Shown: positions 63,901 through 64,000 of the stretch, piece by piece
How positions within the stretch are numbered: the stretch's first letter is position 1
Layout of the letters: every line of letters begins with the position of its first letter
Source: Zygnema circumcarinatum SAG 698-1b
Taxonomy: Eukaryota > Plantae > Zygnematophyceae
NCBI GenBank assembly: GCA_037447605.1
Contig: CM074813.1
Span: 2,728,001-2,792,000 of the forward strand
Direction: 5' to 3'
DNA: 64,000 nucleotides
Program-made: the position numbers and the translations under genes
The notes under the pieces: model-generated
The model's input: only the letters and a program-made list of their open reading frames with translations
The model's database searches: none
What the model was told of the DNA's origin: nothing

Positions 63901-64000
63901 TGCAGAGGTGGCGAATGGAACAGTGGGGGAAAATGCAACAGTTTACTCCCATCTTTTAGTCGCCACGCTCGACCCTCTCACTTCACGAGCATGGCACGTG
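60975..64000 (+). CDS. Second TBL/PMR5 O-acetyltransferase, 3' truncated by the window; exons 60975-61062, 62038-62443, 62573-62708, 63045-63185, 63314-63432, 63590-63751, 63906-end
   Basis: CKLWTGRWVYD...[49 protein letters not shown] and [10 protein letters not shown]. Intron positions and phases are identical to the first TBL gene. Confidence 0.95.

Overview
Eukaryotic nuclear DNA from a draft assembly (many 10-N gaps and one 100-N gap). The organism is a green plant-lineage species, and the gene set and intron style suggest a streptophyte alga (inference). Bases 1-373 hold the 3' end of psbQ. About 0.9-32.4 kb is a nested transposon block. It contains Ty1/copia relics that are all on the minus strand, two copies of a gag-protease-only LTR element, a 447-bp TRIM whose LTRs look tRNA-derived, an odd insertion with inverted LTR-type ends and one shared TSD, and a 4.3-kb polypurine array. 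At 32.6-35.2 kb is a spliced, frameshifted Crypton/Ndc10-type tyrosine recombinase whose longer introns are filled with one heptamer satellite. From 36 to 64 kb is gene-dense: a conserved plant protein of unknown function, a TLC-domain protein, PIG-F, a PDCD2-like gene, two trichome-birefringence-like O-acetyltransferases, FCF2 and several foldback/MITE-like elements. All exon models, alignments and family calls were made by eye from remembered motifs; no database search was run.
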